Assembly (NCBI GenBank): GCA_965203135.1
Contig: CBDBBO010000003.1
Location: 266 to 64,265 of the forward strand
Direction: 5' to 3'
DNA: 64,000 nt
DNA from: Dehalococcoidia bacterium
GTDB taxonomy: Bacteria; Chloroflexota; Dehalococcoidia; Lucifugimonadales; CATOSD01
Numbering within the stretch: position 1 is the first letter of the stretch; every line of letters begins with the position of its first letter. Shown piece after piece: positions 43,916-53,168 of the stretch. Under the pieces are notes generated by a model. It made no database searches. It had not been told where the DNA came from and saw nothing but the letters and a program-made list of their open reading frames with translations. The position numbers were made by a program, and so were the translations under genes.

Positions 43916-45787
43916 ATGTGTGGAGTAGCAGGGGTCGTATACCGGGACGGGCGGCCTGTGGACCGCGAGGTGGTGGCGCGGATGGGGGCGTGCCTGCGGC
44001 ACCGGGGACCGGACGACGACGGCGTGTACACGGGCGCCGGCGTGGGTCTGGCGCACACGCGGCTGAGCATCATCGACCTGAGCGAGAGCGGGCGTCAGCC
44101 GATGCGGTCGGAGGACGGCAGGTACGTCGTCTCGTACAACGGCGAGGTGTACAACTTCCGGGAGCTGCAGCACAGGCTTGAGAGCATGGGCCACAAGTTC
44201 CGTGGGCGGTCGGACACGGAGGTGGTGCTGCGGGCGTTCGTGGAGTGGGGCGAGTCGTCGTTCGCGATGCTGGAGGGGATGTTCGCGCTGGCGGTGTGGG
44301 ACGAGGCGGAGCGGCGGCTGCACCTGCACCTGGCGCGGGACCGGTTCGGCATCAAGCCGCTGTACTACCACACGGACGCGGATCGGGTGGTGTTCGGGTC
44401 GGAGATCAAGGCGCTGCTGGCGTCCGGCGACGTGGGTCGCGAGCTGGACTGGGCGGGTCTGCACGAGTACCTGTACTACAACACGGCGCTGGGGGAGCGG
44501 ACGATGTTCGCGGGGGTGCGCAAGCTGCCGCCGGGGCACGCGCTGACGGTGGATGAGGACGGCGCGCGGGTGTGGGAGTACGCGTCGGTGTTCGACGTGG
44601 AGGCGGTGGAGGACGACTACGCGACGGCGGTCGAGCGGGTGCGGGAGCTGATGGAGCGGGCGGTTAAGGCGCACCTGGTGAGCGACGTGCCGGTGGGAGT
44701 GTTCCTGAGCGGGGGCATCGACTCGTCGGCCATCACCGCGTTCGCGGCGAAGCACTATGGGGGCAGGCTTAAGACGTTCTCGGCGGGGTTCGATTTCGAC
44801 CGGGGCGTCAAGGAGCTGCCCAAGGCGCGGGCGGTGGCGGAGCACTTTGGCACGGACCACCAGGAGCTGCACGTGTCCGGCGGCGACGTGGCGGGGGTGA
44901 TCGAGCGGCTGGTGCGATGCCACGACCAGCCGTTCGGGGACGCGGCGAACATCGCGCTGTACCTGCTGTGCGAGCATCTCGGCGGCGGCAACAAGGTGGT
45001 GCTCCAGGGCGATGGGGGCGACGAGGTGTTCGCCGGGTACAAACCACACTCCCTCATGGCGATGGAGCGGTGGGCCATGGCCTTCGTCTGGGCGACTTCG
45101 TGGGCGCTGCCGATTGTGCCCGGTTGGGTGCCTTACTTCCACACGGTGCAGCGCCTGAACACGCCGGACCGCTCCGTCCGATACGCCAAGGTTATTGCGG
45201 ATGGCAGGGGCGGCGAGAAACCAAGCCGCGTCTTTGTGCCGGGGGCGCAGGCGATGCTGGAGGTCAGCGACCCGTTCGCGCGCTACCGCGAGATGTACCA
45301 CAGGTTCTCGAAGCTTGATAGCGCGCAGCGAACGGTATACACGGACTCCGCCATCATACTGCCGGACCTGTTCTTCGAGAAGGTGGACAAGGCGACGATG
45401 GCGCACGGCGTCGAGGTGCGGGTGCCGCTCGTGGACACGCAGTTGGCGGCGTACGTGATGGGGTTGCCGTCGAAGTACAAGATACGGTGGGGGCACAAGA
45501 AGCGCATCCTGCGGCGGGCGCTGCGGGGCGTGGTGCCGGACGACATACTGGATATGCCGAAGGTGGGGTTCGGGGTGCCCGCGGGATACTGGCTGAGGAC
45601 CACGCTGGCGGGGTACATGAAGGACGTGCTGCTGGATGATGCGCGGCGCAGCGCGTCGCTGTTCGACGTATCAGTACTGCGGACGCTCATCGACGACCAC
45701 GTGGAGGGCCGGCGCAACTACGGTACGTTCCTGTACAGGCTGCTCAACCTGGCGCTGTGGTACGACGAGTACGGCGTGGCGGCGTGA
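43916..45787 (+). CDS. Glutamine-hydrolysing asparagine-synthase-family amidotransferase (AsnB/WbpS-like)
   Basis: MCGVAG N-terminal nucleophile Cys. SFNGEIYN-like YNGEVYNF. PP-loop FLSGGIDSS. Confidence 0.85.
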   Translation: MCGVAGVVYRDGRPVDREVVARMGACLRHRGPDDDGVYTGAGVGLAHTRLSIIDLSESGRQPMRSEDGRYVVSYNGEVYNFRELQHRLESMGHKFRGRSDTEVVLRAFVEWGESSFAMLEGMFALAVWDEAERRLHLHLARDRFGIKPLYYHTDADRVVFGSEIKALLASGDVGRELDWAGLHEYLYYNTALGERTMFAGVRKLPPGHALTVDEDGARVWEYASVFDVEAVEDDYATAVERVRELMERAVKAHLVSDVPVGVFLSGGIDSSAITAFAAKHYGGRLKTFSAGFDFDRGVKELPKARAVAEHFGTDHQELHVSGGDVAGVIERLVRCHDQPFGDAANIALYLLCEHLGGGNKVVLQGDGGDEVFAGYKPHSLMAMERWAMAFVWATSWALPIVPGWVPYFHTVQRLNTPDRSVRYAKVIADGRGGEKPSRVFVPGAQAMLEVSDPFARYREMYHRFSKLDSAQRTVYTDSAIILPDLFFEKVDKATMAHGVEVRVPLVDTQLAAYVMGLPSKYKIRWGHKKRILRRALRGVVPDDILDMPKVGFGVPAGYWLRTTLAGYMKDVLLDDARRSASLFDVSVLRTLIDDHVEGRRNYGTFLYRLLNLALWYDEYGVAA

Positions 45788-46920
45788 CGGACGGGGGTGA
45801 CTCGCGCGGCCACGCGATGTTCGTCATCAGCGGGCTGGAGCGCGGCGGAGCGGAGCGGCAGCTCGTAATCGTGGCCAACGGGCTGGCGGCGCGAGGGTGG
45901 AGGGTCACGGTGCTGTCCTACCTGACCTTCTCGGAGACGTCGCTGCGGACGGAGGTGGAGGAATCCAGAGTGCGGCTGCTGAGTCTCGACGCCACCGACG
46001 GCGCGGGCAAGCTTGTCGGGCTAGCCAGGGCAGTTGCGGTTGTGCGGAGGGAGAGGCCGGACGTGCTGGTCGGGTTCATGTTCCACGGCATCATGACGGC
46101 GCGGATGGCCGGACGGCTTTGTGGCGTGTCAGCGGTGGTGTCCGCAGTCCGCAACGAGGTCCACGGGCGGATGAGGGAACGGGTGCTGGGCGTCACGGGG
46201 CGGCTGACGGATGCGGTGACGGTCATGTCAAAGAGCCTAGCGTCGCGGCTCGCCGAGAGGAGGGTGGCCGACCGCGCGCGGCTGGTCGTCATCCCGAACG
46301 CGGTGGAGGTCGCGCGGTTCGAGGCGGGGGGCTGCCGGGTCGAGACGCGGCGATCGCTGGGGGTCGGCGAGGGTGAGTTCGTGTGGCTGGCCGTGGGTCG
46401 GCTGGCTCCCCAGAAGGACTACGCCGGGCTGCTGCGGGCGTTCGGGACGCTTGGGGAGCGGCGGGCGCGGCTGTACGTCGCGGGGGACGGGCGGCTGCGT
46501 GGAGAGTTGGCACGGCTGGTGGAGGAGCTGGGGCTGGCGGAGCGAGTCCGGCTGCTGGGATTGCGGAATGACATGCCTGAGCTGTACGGGGCGTGCGACG
46601 CGCTGGTGCTGTCGTCGGCGTGGGAGGGAATGCCGAACGTGGTGCTGGAAGCGATGGCGTCCGGGAGGCCGGTGGTGGCGACGGCGGTGGGCGCCGTGCC
46701 CGAGATGGCGGCGGACGGCGAGACGGGGTTCGTCGTGCCGGCGGGGGACCACGCCGCTCTTGCGGGCGCGATGGCGCGGGTGATGGGCCTGGCGCCGGAT
46801 GAGCGGCGGGCGATGGGCGAGGCGGGACGCCGGGTCGTGCGGGAGCGGCATTCGGTGGAGAGCGTGATCGACAGGTGGGAGGAGCTGTTCGGGCGACTGC
46901 TGGAGGGCAAGGCGCGGTGA
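45784..46920 (+). CDS. GT4-family glycosyltransferase
   Basis: GTGA overlap with the asnB-like stop (alternative ATG at 45817). GGAERQLV. SSAWEGMPNVVLEAMASGRPVVAT. Confidence 0.85.
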   Translation: MTDGGDSRGHAMFVISGLERGGAERQLVIVANGLAARGWRVTVLSYLTFSETSLRTEVEESRVRLLSLDATDGAGKLVGLARAVAVVRRERPDVLVGFMFHGIMTARMAGRLCGVSAVVSAVRNEVHGRMRERVLGVTGRLTDAVTVMSKSLASRLAERRVADRARLVVIPNAVEVARFEAGGCRVETRRSLGVGEGEFVWLAVGRLAPQKDYAGLLRAFGTLGERRARLYVAGDGRLRGELARLVEELGLAERVRLLGLRNDMPELYGACDALVLSSAWEGMPNVVLEAMASGRPVVATAVGAVPEMAADGETGFVVPAGDHAALAGAMARVMGLAPDERRAMGEAGRRVVRERHSVESVIDRWEELFGRLLEGKAR

Positions 46921-48107
46921 CGGAACTTCCGCGGTCGGTTGCCATCACCACCAACTCGGGCGAGCGGTTGTACCGCTTCCGCGCGCCGATAGTGCGGGCG
47001 CTGGTCGAGCGGGGCGTGCGGGTGTACGCGGTGGCGCCGGCCGGGGAGTCCGCGGGCGAAATCGAGGCGTTGGGCGCGGAGTTCATGCCGTGGCGGCTGA
47101 GCCGTGGCGGGGTCAACCCTTTCGCCGAGGCGGCGTCGGTGGCGTCGCTGGTGGGCATCTACCGGCGGCTGAGGCCGGACGTGGCGCAGCACTTCACGAT
47201 CAAGCCGAACGTGTACGGGGCGATTGCGGGCAGGCTGGCGGGCGTGCCGGTCGTGGTGGGCGGCGTGACCGGGCTGGGGTACGCGTTCGCGGCTGGCGGG
47301 CGCCGGCGCGGAGTGATACGGTCGGTTGCGGGGATGCTGTACCGGCTGGCGGCGGCGCTGGGCAACGGCGTGACGTTTCAGACGGCGCACGACGCGGACG
47401 TGCTCTTTGGCGCGTCCAGCAGACTCAGGCGGAAGGCGTTGGTCGTCCCCGGCGGGTCCGGCGTAGACCTTGCCGTGTTCAGCCGGGACGCGGTGAGCGC
47501 GGAGGCGCGGCGGGAGATGAGGGTCGCGCTGGGGATTCCGACGGGAGCGCCGGTCGTGACGATGGCGTCGCGGCTGCTGTACGACAAGGGGATCGCGGAG
47601 TTCGTGGAGGCGGCGCGAGCCGTGAGGGCGCGCAGGCCGGACGCGGTGTTCGTGCTGGCGGGGGAGGGGGACCCGGGCAATCGGGAGTCGGTTACGGAGC
47701 GGGACCTGGCGGCCTGGCGGGAGTCGGGTGACGTGATATTGCCGGGCCACGTGGGCGACGTGCCGCGCCTGCTGGCCATCTCGGACGTGGTCGCCCTGCC
47801 CTCCTACCACGAGGGCGTGCCGCGGTCGCTGGTCGAGGCAGCGGCGATGGGCAGGGCCATCGTGGCCACGGACATACCGGGCGCGGCGGAGGTGGTCGAC
47901 AATGGTGTGAACGGGACGCTGGTGCCGCCGCGGGACGCCGGCGCGCTGGCGGGCGCCATCGGGGCGCTGCTGGACGATGCGGAGACGCGGGACAGGTACG
48001 GCGACGCTGGGCGGCGGAAGGCCGAGCGGGAGTTCGACGAGCGGGCGGTTGCGGCACGGTACGTAGCGGAGTACGCGCGGTTGTGGGCGTCGTCACCCCC
48101 ATCCTAA
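46917..48107 (+). CDS. GT4-family glycosyltransferase
   Basis: GTGA overlap with the preceding stop. PSYHEGVPRSLVEAAAMGRAIVATDIPG. The last codons and the stop are supplied by a dispersed repeat. Confidence 0.8.
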   Translation: MTELPRSVAITTNSGERLYRFRAPIVRALVERGVRVYAVAPAGESAGEIEALGAEFMPWRLSRGGVNPFAEAASVASLVGIYRRLRPDVAQHFTIKPNVYGAIAGRLAGVPVVVGGVTGLGYAFAAGGRRRGVIRSVAGMLYRLAAALGNGVTFQTAHDADVLFGASSRLRRKALVVPGGSGVDLAVFSRDAVSAEARREMRVALGIPTGAPVVTMASRLLYDKGIAEFVEAARAVRARRPDAVFVLAGEGDPGNRESVTERDLAAWRESGDVILPGHVGDVPRLLAISDVVALPSYHEGVPRSLVEAAAMGRAIVATDIPGAAEVVDNGVNGTLVPPRDAGALAGAIGALLDDAETRDRYGDAGRRKAEREFDERAVAARYVAEYARLWASSPPS

Positions 48108-48159
48108 CCCGTTCGGCAAGCTCAGGGCAGGCTCTTCCTCCTGCGAGGGGGAAGGGACA
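48094..48159. repeat. Full-length copy of the dispersed repeat family
   Basis: cacccccatcctaacccgttcggcaagctcagggcaggctcttcctcctgcgagggggaagggacag. Confidence 0.75.
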
Positions 48160-48236
48160 GGGCGCGGCAGCGCTTGCACGTGGTGTACAATTGCCTTCGC
48201 AATCAGTCTACTCAGTCTACTAAGGGGGACGCTCTT

Positions 48237-48629
48237 ATGCAGATTTCGCAGACAGCCGCCCGCGTTGTGTATCACCGCGTCGAGGCCGGTGTTTCGCTGG
48301 TGTCCGAGTTGGAGGCGTTCGCTTTGGCGGAGGGGATCAGCCATGCCGCCATCACGTCCTGCATAGGCAGCCTGCGGCAGTTGAAGCTGAGGAACCTGTG
48401 CAGGCACGACGCCGAGGGTTCGCCGGAGTTCGAGAGGACCACGTTGGATGAGAACCTGGAGTTGGTGAGCGCGGAGGGATACGTCCAGCCGCTGCCCGAG
48501 GGCGGGATCCGGGTACACGTCCACTTGGCAGCCGCCCGTCCGTCCGGCGAGATGATCGGCGGCCACTGCGAGGACGCCACGACCTACACCGGCGCGTACC
48601 TGTATCTTAGCGTGTTGGAGGCAGATTGA
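48237..48629 (+). CDS. PPC/DUF296-domain protein
   Basis: AAGGGGGA RBS. ..SCIGSLR...(L)..A.G.V....G....H.H......G...GGH pattern typical of PPC (DUF296). Confidence 0.5.
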   Translation: MQISQTAARVVYHRVEAGVSLVSELEAFALAEGISHAAITSCIGSLRQLKLRNLCRHDAEGSPEFERTTLDENLELVSAEGYVQPLPEGGIRVHVHLAAARPSGEMIGGHCEDATTYTGAYLYLSVLEAD

Positions 48630-48648
48630 GTCCGGCTAGCGGGTTGGG

Positions 48649-49878
48649 ATGACGCGATTAGGGAACTCCGCGGTTGGCGGCGAGGGGTTGTGGAGGCTCG
48701 CCCGCGGCAGCGGCATGAGCAGGCGGCGCTTCCTGCAACTGCTTGCGGCGGGTGGCGCGACGGCGGTACTGGCGGCCTGTGCGGGCGGCGTGGCGACCGT
48801 GGTGGAAGAGACCGGTGAGGCGCAGGCGAGGGCGTGGTTCAAGGACCCATCGCCTTTCGTCCGGCGAGACGGCGGCCTGGAGTCGCGGCTGGAGAACATG
48901 CGGGGATTGATCACTCCCAACCGGCTGTTCTTCGTCCGCAACAACTCCGAGAGTATTGACCTGGACGCCTCCTCGTGGCGGCTTTCGGTCGAGGGCGACG
49001 CCGTCGGCAATTCGCTGGAGTTGTCCTATGCGGACCTACTGAACATGCGCGGCACAACGCTGGTTTCGTACCTGGAGTGCGCGGGCAACCAGCGGGCCAT
49101 GTTCGGGCTGGTGAACGGGCGGCAGGCCGAGGGCACGCAGTGGGAGCGCGGAGCGGTCGGCAACGCGGAGTGGACTGGGGTGCGGTTGCGAGACGTCTTG
49201 GAGCTTGCTGGCATAGCCGGGGACGTGGAGAGCGTCCTGTTGGTGGGACTGGACGAAAACTCGCCGGAGGGAGGCTTCCGACGGGCGATGTCTGTCGCCA
49301 AGGCGACAGACCCTGATACGCTGCTGGCATACGGCATGAACGGCGAGACTCTGCCGAGAGACCACGGATATCCCCTGCGGGCGGTTGTGCCCGGGTGGGT
49401 CGGCAGCTCCTGGATCAAGTGGCTGGGTCGCATCGAGGTCTCGTCCGAGCGGCACTGGACGCGCAACAACACCGGCTCCTACGTGCTCATTGGGGACGGC
49501 TATCCGCCGGAGGGAGAGGCGGACGGCGTAGTTGTGACCACGCAGACTGTCAAGAGCGCGCTGGCTCTTCCGTGGCCCGCTGAGATTCCGTCCTCGCGGC
49601 AGCGCATTCACGGGTACGCGCACTCCCCCAACCAGATCGGGCGGGTCGAATGGAGCTCGGACTCCGGCGCAACATGGAAGGAGGCCGAGGTGGATATTCC
49701 GGCGTCGCCGTACTCCTGGACGCGGTTCGAGTTCGAGTGGTCGGCGGATCCGGGCGAGTACACGATCATGACGCGCGCCACGGACGAGGCCGGGAACACG
49801 CAGCTGGACGCCGTGCCGTTCAACCGGAAGGGCTATTTGTTCAACCAACCGCTGCCGCATCCGGTGACGGTGGTGTGA
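48649..49878 (+). CDS. Tat-exported sulfite-oxidase-family molybdoenzyme
   Basis: Twin-arginine signal MSRRRFLQLLAAGGATAVLAACAG (a possible true start is at 48715). Moco-Cys motif YLECAGNQR. GYPLRAVVPGWVGSSWIKWL. C-terminal dimerisation-domain-like Ig fold. Confidence 0.8.
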   Translation: MTRLGNSAVGGEGLWRLARGSGMSRRRFLQLLAAGGATAVLAACAGGVATVVEETGEAQARAWFKDPSPFVRRDGGLESRLENMRGLITPNRLFFVRNNSESIDLDASSWRLSVEGDAVGNSLELSYADLLNMRGTTLVSYLECAGNQRAMFGLVNGRQAEGTQWERGAVGNAEWTGVRLRDVLELAGIAGDVESVLLVGLDENSPEGGFRRAMSVAKATDPDTLLAYGMNGETLPRDHGYPLRAVVPGWVGSSWIKWLGRIEVSSERHWTRNNTGSYVLIGDGYPPEGEADGVVVTTQTVKSALALPWPAEIPSSRQRIHGYAHSPNQIGRVEWSSDSGATWKEAEVDIPASPYSWTRFEFEWSADPGEYTIMTRATDEAGNTQLDAVPFNRKGYLFNQPLPHPVTVV

Positions 49879-49955
49879 GGTGAGGCTCGGACGTGGCGCG
49901 GCGCATGTGCGATAATATGGCCGACCGGATTCGATTCAGCCGCGCAGGATGACAG

Positions 49956-51110
49956 ATGATCACCGCCCACACAGATGTCAGTCAGCTATTGGAGACAGCG
50001 ATGGAGATTGCCGCCCGCGTGCGGGACGCCGGCGCCCGCATCGAGGCGGAGCGGCGCATACCGGTGGAGCTGTCGGATGAGCTGGCCGACAGGGGGTTCT
50101 TCAGGCTGCTGCTGCCCCGGTCGCTGGGCGGCGCAGAGCTGGAGCACCCCGACTTCCTGAAGATTGTGCGGGTGTTTGCCGAGGCGGACGCCAGCGTGGG
50201 ATGGTGCATAAACCAGAACAATGTCTTTTCCACGAACTCGGTGCGGGTGTCGCGAGAGACCGCCACGGAGATATGGGGCGTCCAGAGGAACGTGGTCACG
50301 AACGGGCCGCCGATTCCGAGCGCGAGGGCGGACGTCGTCGACGGAGGATACCGGCTGAGCGGCCGGTGGAACTTCAGCAGCGGCATACCGCACGCCACCT
50401 GGGTCGCGGCGCTGACGCCGGTGTACCGTCCTGGCGAGTCCGAGTCGTCCGAGATGCGGACGCTGCTGCTGCCAAAGAGCCAGGTCAGGGTGCTGGACGT
50501 TTGGGACGTGGGCGGGCTGCGGGGCACCGGCAGCCACAGCTTCGAGGCGGACGGCGTGTTTGTACCGGCGACACGTGCATATCCCGCGGACGCGCCCTCC
50601 AGCGAGCCGGGGCCGATCTATATCATCCCGACAACGCTGCTGTTCTGCTCGGGATTCGCCAACGTCGCGCTGGGCGCATCGCGAGCGGCGCTCGACGAGG
50701 CGATCGCGATGACGAGGGGCAGGACGCAGCACTTCCAGCAGGAGAGGATGAGCGAGCTCGCGACGACGCAGCGGATGGTTGGGCAGGCAGAGGCCAGGTG
50801 GAACGGAGCGCGGGCGTTTCTCGACGAAGCGGCGTCGGCGATGTGGGCGGGGGCGAAGGCGAATCTCTCGCTGACGATGGCGGAGCGGATGGCCGTCCGG
50901 TTGGCCAGCACGCACGCCATACGGGAGGCCGCCGAGGTGGTGGACGTGGCGTACTCGCTGTTCGGGTCGCGCGCGATATTCGCGGAGGGGCCGGTGCTGC
51001 GCCGCTTCCAGGACGTGCACACAATCACGCAGCAGGTGCAGGGGCGGTTGAGCCACTACGACACGGCGGGGCAGTACTATCTTGAAATGGAGCCTGAGGG
51101 GATTTTCTAG
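49956..51110 (+). CDS. Acyl-CoA-dehydrogenase-fold flavoprotein (group-D monooxygenase / ACAD type-2 like)
   Basis: Size and three-domain pattern: helical N-terminus, beta middle YRLSGRWNFSSG, helical C-terminus. Confidence 0.6.
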   Translation: MITAHTDVSQLLETAMEIAARVRDAGARIEAERRIPVELSDELADRGFFRLLLPRSLGGAELEHPDFLKIVRVFAEADASVGWCINQNNVFSTNSVRVSRETATEIWGVQRNVVTNGPPIPSARADVVDGGYRLSGRWNFSSGIPHATWVAALTPVYRPGESESSEMRTLLLPKSQVRVLDVWDVGGLRGTGSHSFEADGVFVPATRAYPADAPSSEPGPIYIIPTTLLFCSGFANVALGASRAALDEAIAMTRGRTQHFQQERMSELATTQRMVGQAEARWNGARAFLDEAASAMWAGAKANLSLTMAERMAVRLASTHAIREAAEVVDVAYSLFGSRAIFAEGPVLRRFQDVHTITQQVQGRLSHYDTAGQYYLEMEPEGIF

Positions 51111-51203
51111 CCGTCGGAGAGGAAGACGGACTTGCAAAACCCTGCACATACACGTATACTCTAATATAGTACACGTACACTGCAAAAGGAGCGTCAGGCC
51201 AGG

Positions 51204-51431
51204 ATGAAACAGAAGCTCACCATAACCGTTGATGCCGAATTGGTGCCCAAGGCCAAGCGGTACGCCAAGTCGAAGGGCGTGTCGTTGTCGTCGCTTGTCG
51301 AGCAGTCCCTCAAGGAGATGGCCGGCGAGTACTCCACGACGTTCTCTTCGCGCTGGCGGGGCAGGTTCCAGGCCGCGGACATCCAGGGCGATCCTCGGTA
51401 CGACAGGCTGGCAGAGAAGTATCTCAGTTGA
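51204..51431 (+). CDS. Type II antitoxin (RHH/VapB-like)
   Basis: 75 aa. KLTITVDAELVPKAKRYAKSKGVSLSSLVEQSL. ATGA overlap with the PIN gene. Confidence 0.7.
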   Translation: MKQKLTITVDAELVPKAKRYAKSKGVSLSSLVEQSLKEMAGEYSTTFSSRWRGRFQAADIQGDPRYDRLAEKYLS

Positions 51432-51835
51432 TGCTTCTGGATACAGACGTACTTATAGACCTCGCCCTGGACCGGCGGCCTCATTCGGAGCACGCCTCGG
51501 AACTGCTGGACCACATCGAGCGCGGCGGAGAGGCCGGGTCCATCGCCTGGCATTCGGTATCGAATCTCTACTACATCGTGTCGCCCACGCTCGGCGGCGC
51601 GAACGCACGCGACTTCATAATGGAGCTGACTCGCTTCGTCGGCGTGGCCGCCACCGATACCACGGGGATTCGCTACGCCGCCGAGCTTCCGATGGGGGAC
51701 TTCGAGGACGCGATGCAGGTGGCGGCTGCCCTTGCCTGCGGCGCGAGGCAGATCGTGACCAGAAACGTGCGGGACTACGAACGCTCTCCCGTCCCGGCTA
51801 TCACGCCGGGGCAGGCGCTGAGCGGGCTGTTCTGA
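51428..51835 (+). CDS. vapC: PIN-domain ribonuclease toxin
   Basis: MLLDTDVLID (first acidic residue). ..DFEDAMQ.. ..IVTRNVRDY. Confidence 0.8.
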   Translation: MMLLDTDVLIDLALDRRPHSEHASELLDHIERGGEAGSIAWHSVSNLYYIVSPTLGGANARDFIMELTRFVGVAATDTTGIRYAAELPMGDFEDAMQVAAALACGARQIVTRNVRDYERSPVPAITPGQALSGLF

Positions 51836-51838
51836 CTC

Positions 51839-53035
51839 ATGGAAACGAAGATTGGGAGTTGGAGAAGACTACTAATGCGATTGTCGACAAGGGCCTGGCC
51901 CATCGTCCTAGCGGTTCTGGCGGTCGTGATGCTGGCCGCGGCGGCCTGTGCCGGAGGCGAAGAAGACGAGCCGTTCAGGATAGGGGTCATGGAGTCGCTG
52001 ACGGGGCCGGGCGAGACCTACGGCACGGTGGCGAACCAGTCGAAGCAGATGGCGGCGGACGAAATCAACGCGGCGGGAGGTATCGACGGGCGCAGGCTGG
52101 AGCTGGTGGTGGAGGACTCGCAGTGCAGCGCCAAGGAGGCGATCGCCGCGTACAGGAAGCTGACCGACGTGGACGGCATCAAGATCATACTGGGCACTTC
52201 GTGCAGCGGGGCCATGCTCGGCGTCGCGCCGCTGGCGGAAGAGGAAGGCGTGATCCTGTTTTCAGGGCTGGCGAGCAACCCGGACATCGCCGATGCGGGC
52301 GACTACATATTCCGCACGCAGATAAGCGACATCGAGGTGGGCATAGTGACCGGCAACGTGCTGTGGGCGGACGGGGTCCGCACGCTGGCGACTATCACCG
52401 AGTCCACGGACTACGCCGAGGGCGTCCGGAGAAACTCGGTGGAGCAGTTCGAGAAGCTGGGCGGGAAAGTGGTTGCTGCGGAGAAGTTCGCGTCCGACGT
52501 CACGGACTTCAGGTCGCAGCTCCAGAAGCTGTTCGCGGAGAGTCCCGACGCGCTGCACCTGGCGCCGCAAGCCGAGTTCACGGCGGGGACGATCATCAAG
52601 CAGGCGCGCGAGGTGGGGTACGACGGCCCCATTTACGCGGAGACGGTGTCGGTGGGAACGACGGCGCTGGAGATCGCGGGAGACGCGGCGACAGGAATGA
52701 AGGCGGTCACCGCCGACCTCGACCCGAACAACGAGAAGGCGCAGGAGGTGCTGGCCAACTTCCGGGAGCGCTACAACTACGTCACGCTGCCGTGGCACCT
52801 GGGCTCCGCCTATGACGACGTGTACATCGCCGCCGAGTGCCTGAAGCGGACCGGCGACGACCAGGACGCGGACGGTTTCCGCGACTGCATGTACGCCATC
52901 ACCTGGAGCGGCGCGATCGGCAACGACTACAGCTTCGACGAGCGGGGCGAGGTAGTCGGGCTGTCCAGGGTGGTGGTGGAGGTGCTGCCGATGGCGGAGC
53001 GGACCGAGGACAATAAGTACAGGGTGCTGCCCTGA
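51839..53035 (+). CDS. Periplasmic-binding-protein type-I lipoprotein (LivJ/branched-chain-amino-acid-type ABC substrate binder)
   Basis: Lipobox MLAAAAC-AGG. IGVMESLTGPGETYG..A..EINAAGGI.GR.LELVVEDSQC. No transporter genes are adjacent. Confidence 0.75.
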   Translation: METKIGSWRRLLMRLSTRAWPIVLAVLAVVMLAAAACAGGEEDEPFRIGVMESLTGPGETYGTVANQSKQMAADEINAAGGIDGRRLELVVEDSQCSAKEAIAAYRKLTDVDGIKIILGTSCSGAMLGVAPLAEEEGVILFSGLASNPDIADAGDYIFRTQISDIEVGIVTGNVLWADGVRTLATITESTDYAEGVRRNSVEQFEKLGGKVVAAEKFASDVTDFRSQLQKLFAESPDALHLAPQAEFTAGTIIKQAREVGYDGPIYAETVSVGTTALEIAGDAATGMKAVTADLDPNNEKAQEVLANFRERYNYVTLPWHLGSAYDDVYIAAECLKRTGDDQDADGFRDCMYAITWSGAIGNDYSFDERGEVVGLSRVVVEVLPMAERTEDNKYRVLP

Positions 53036-53039
53036 ACAT

Positions 53040-53075
53040 CACTCCCATCCTGACCCATTCGGCAGGCTCAGGTTC
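53040..53075. repeat. Partial, diverged copy of the dispersed repeat family
   Basis: cactcccatcctgacccattcggcaggctcagg matches the left half of 48094-48159. Confidence 0.55.
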
Positions 53076-53168
53076 CGCATTGACGTTTGGCTCGGCTGTG
53101 AGATACATTCAGCCTCGCAGCGCAACGAGTTTCTGCCGCTCGATGGAGCGCTGTCTTTCACTTTTTGT

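Noticed and set aside
43892-47810. Long minus-strand ORFs (534, 463, 289 aa) across the AsnB and GT genes
   Set aside because: Pro/Arg/His-rich shadows. The plus strand carries the Cys-nucleophile, PP-loop and GT4 E-x7-E motifs and GTGA-coupled starts.
51229-52815. 528-aa plus-strand ORF spanning VapBC and the LivJ-like gene
   Set aside because: An out-of-frame Arg/Gly-rich translation overlapping three well-supported genes.
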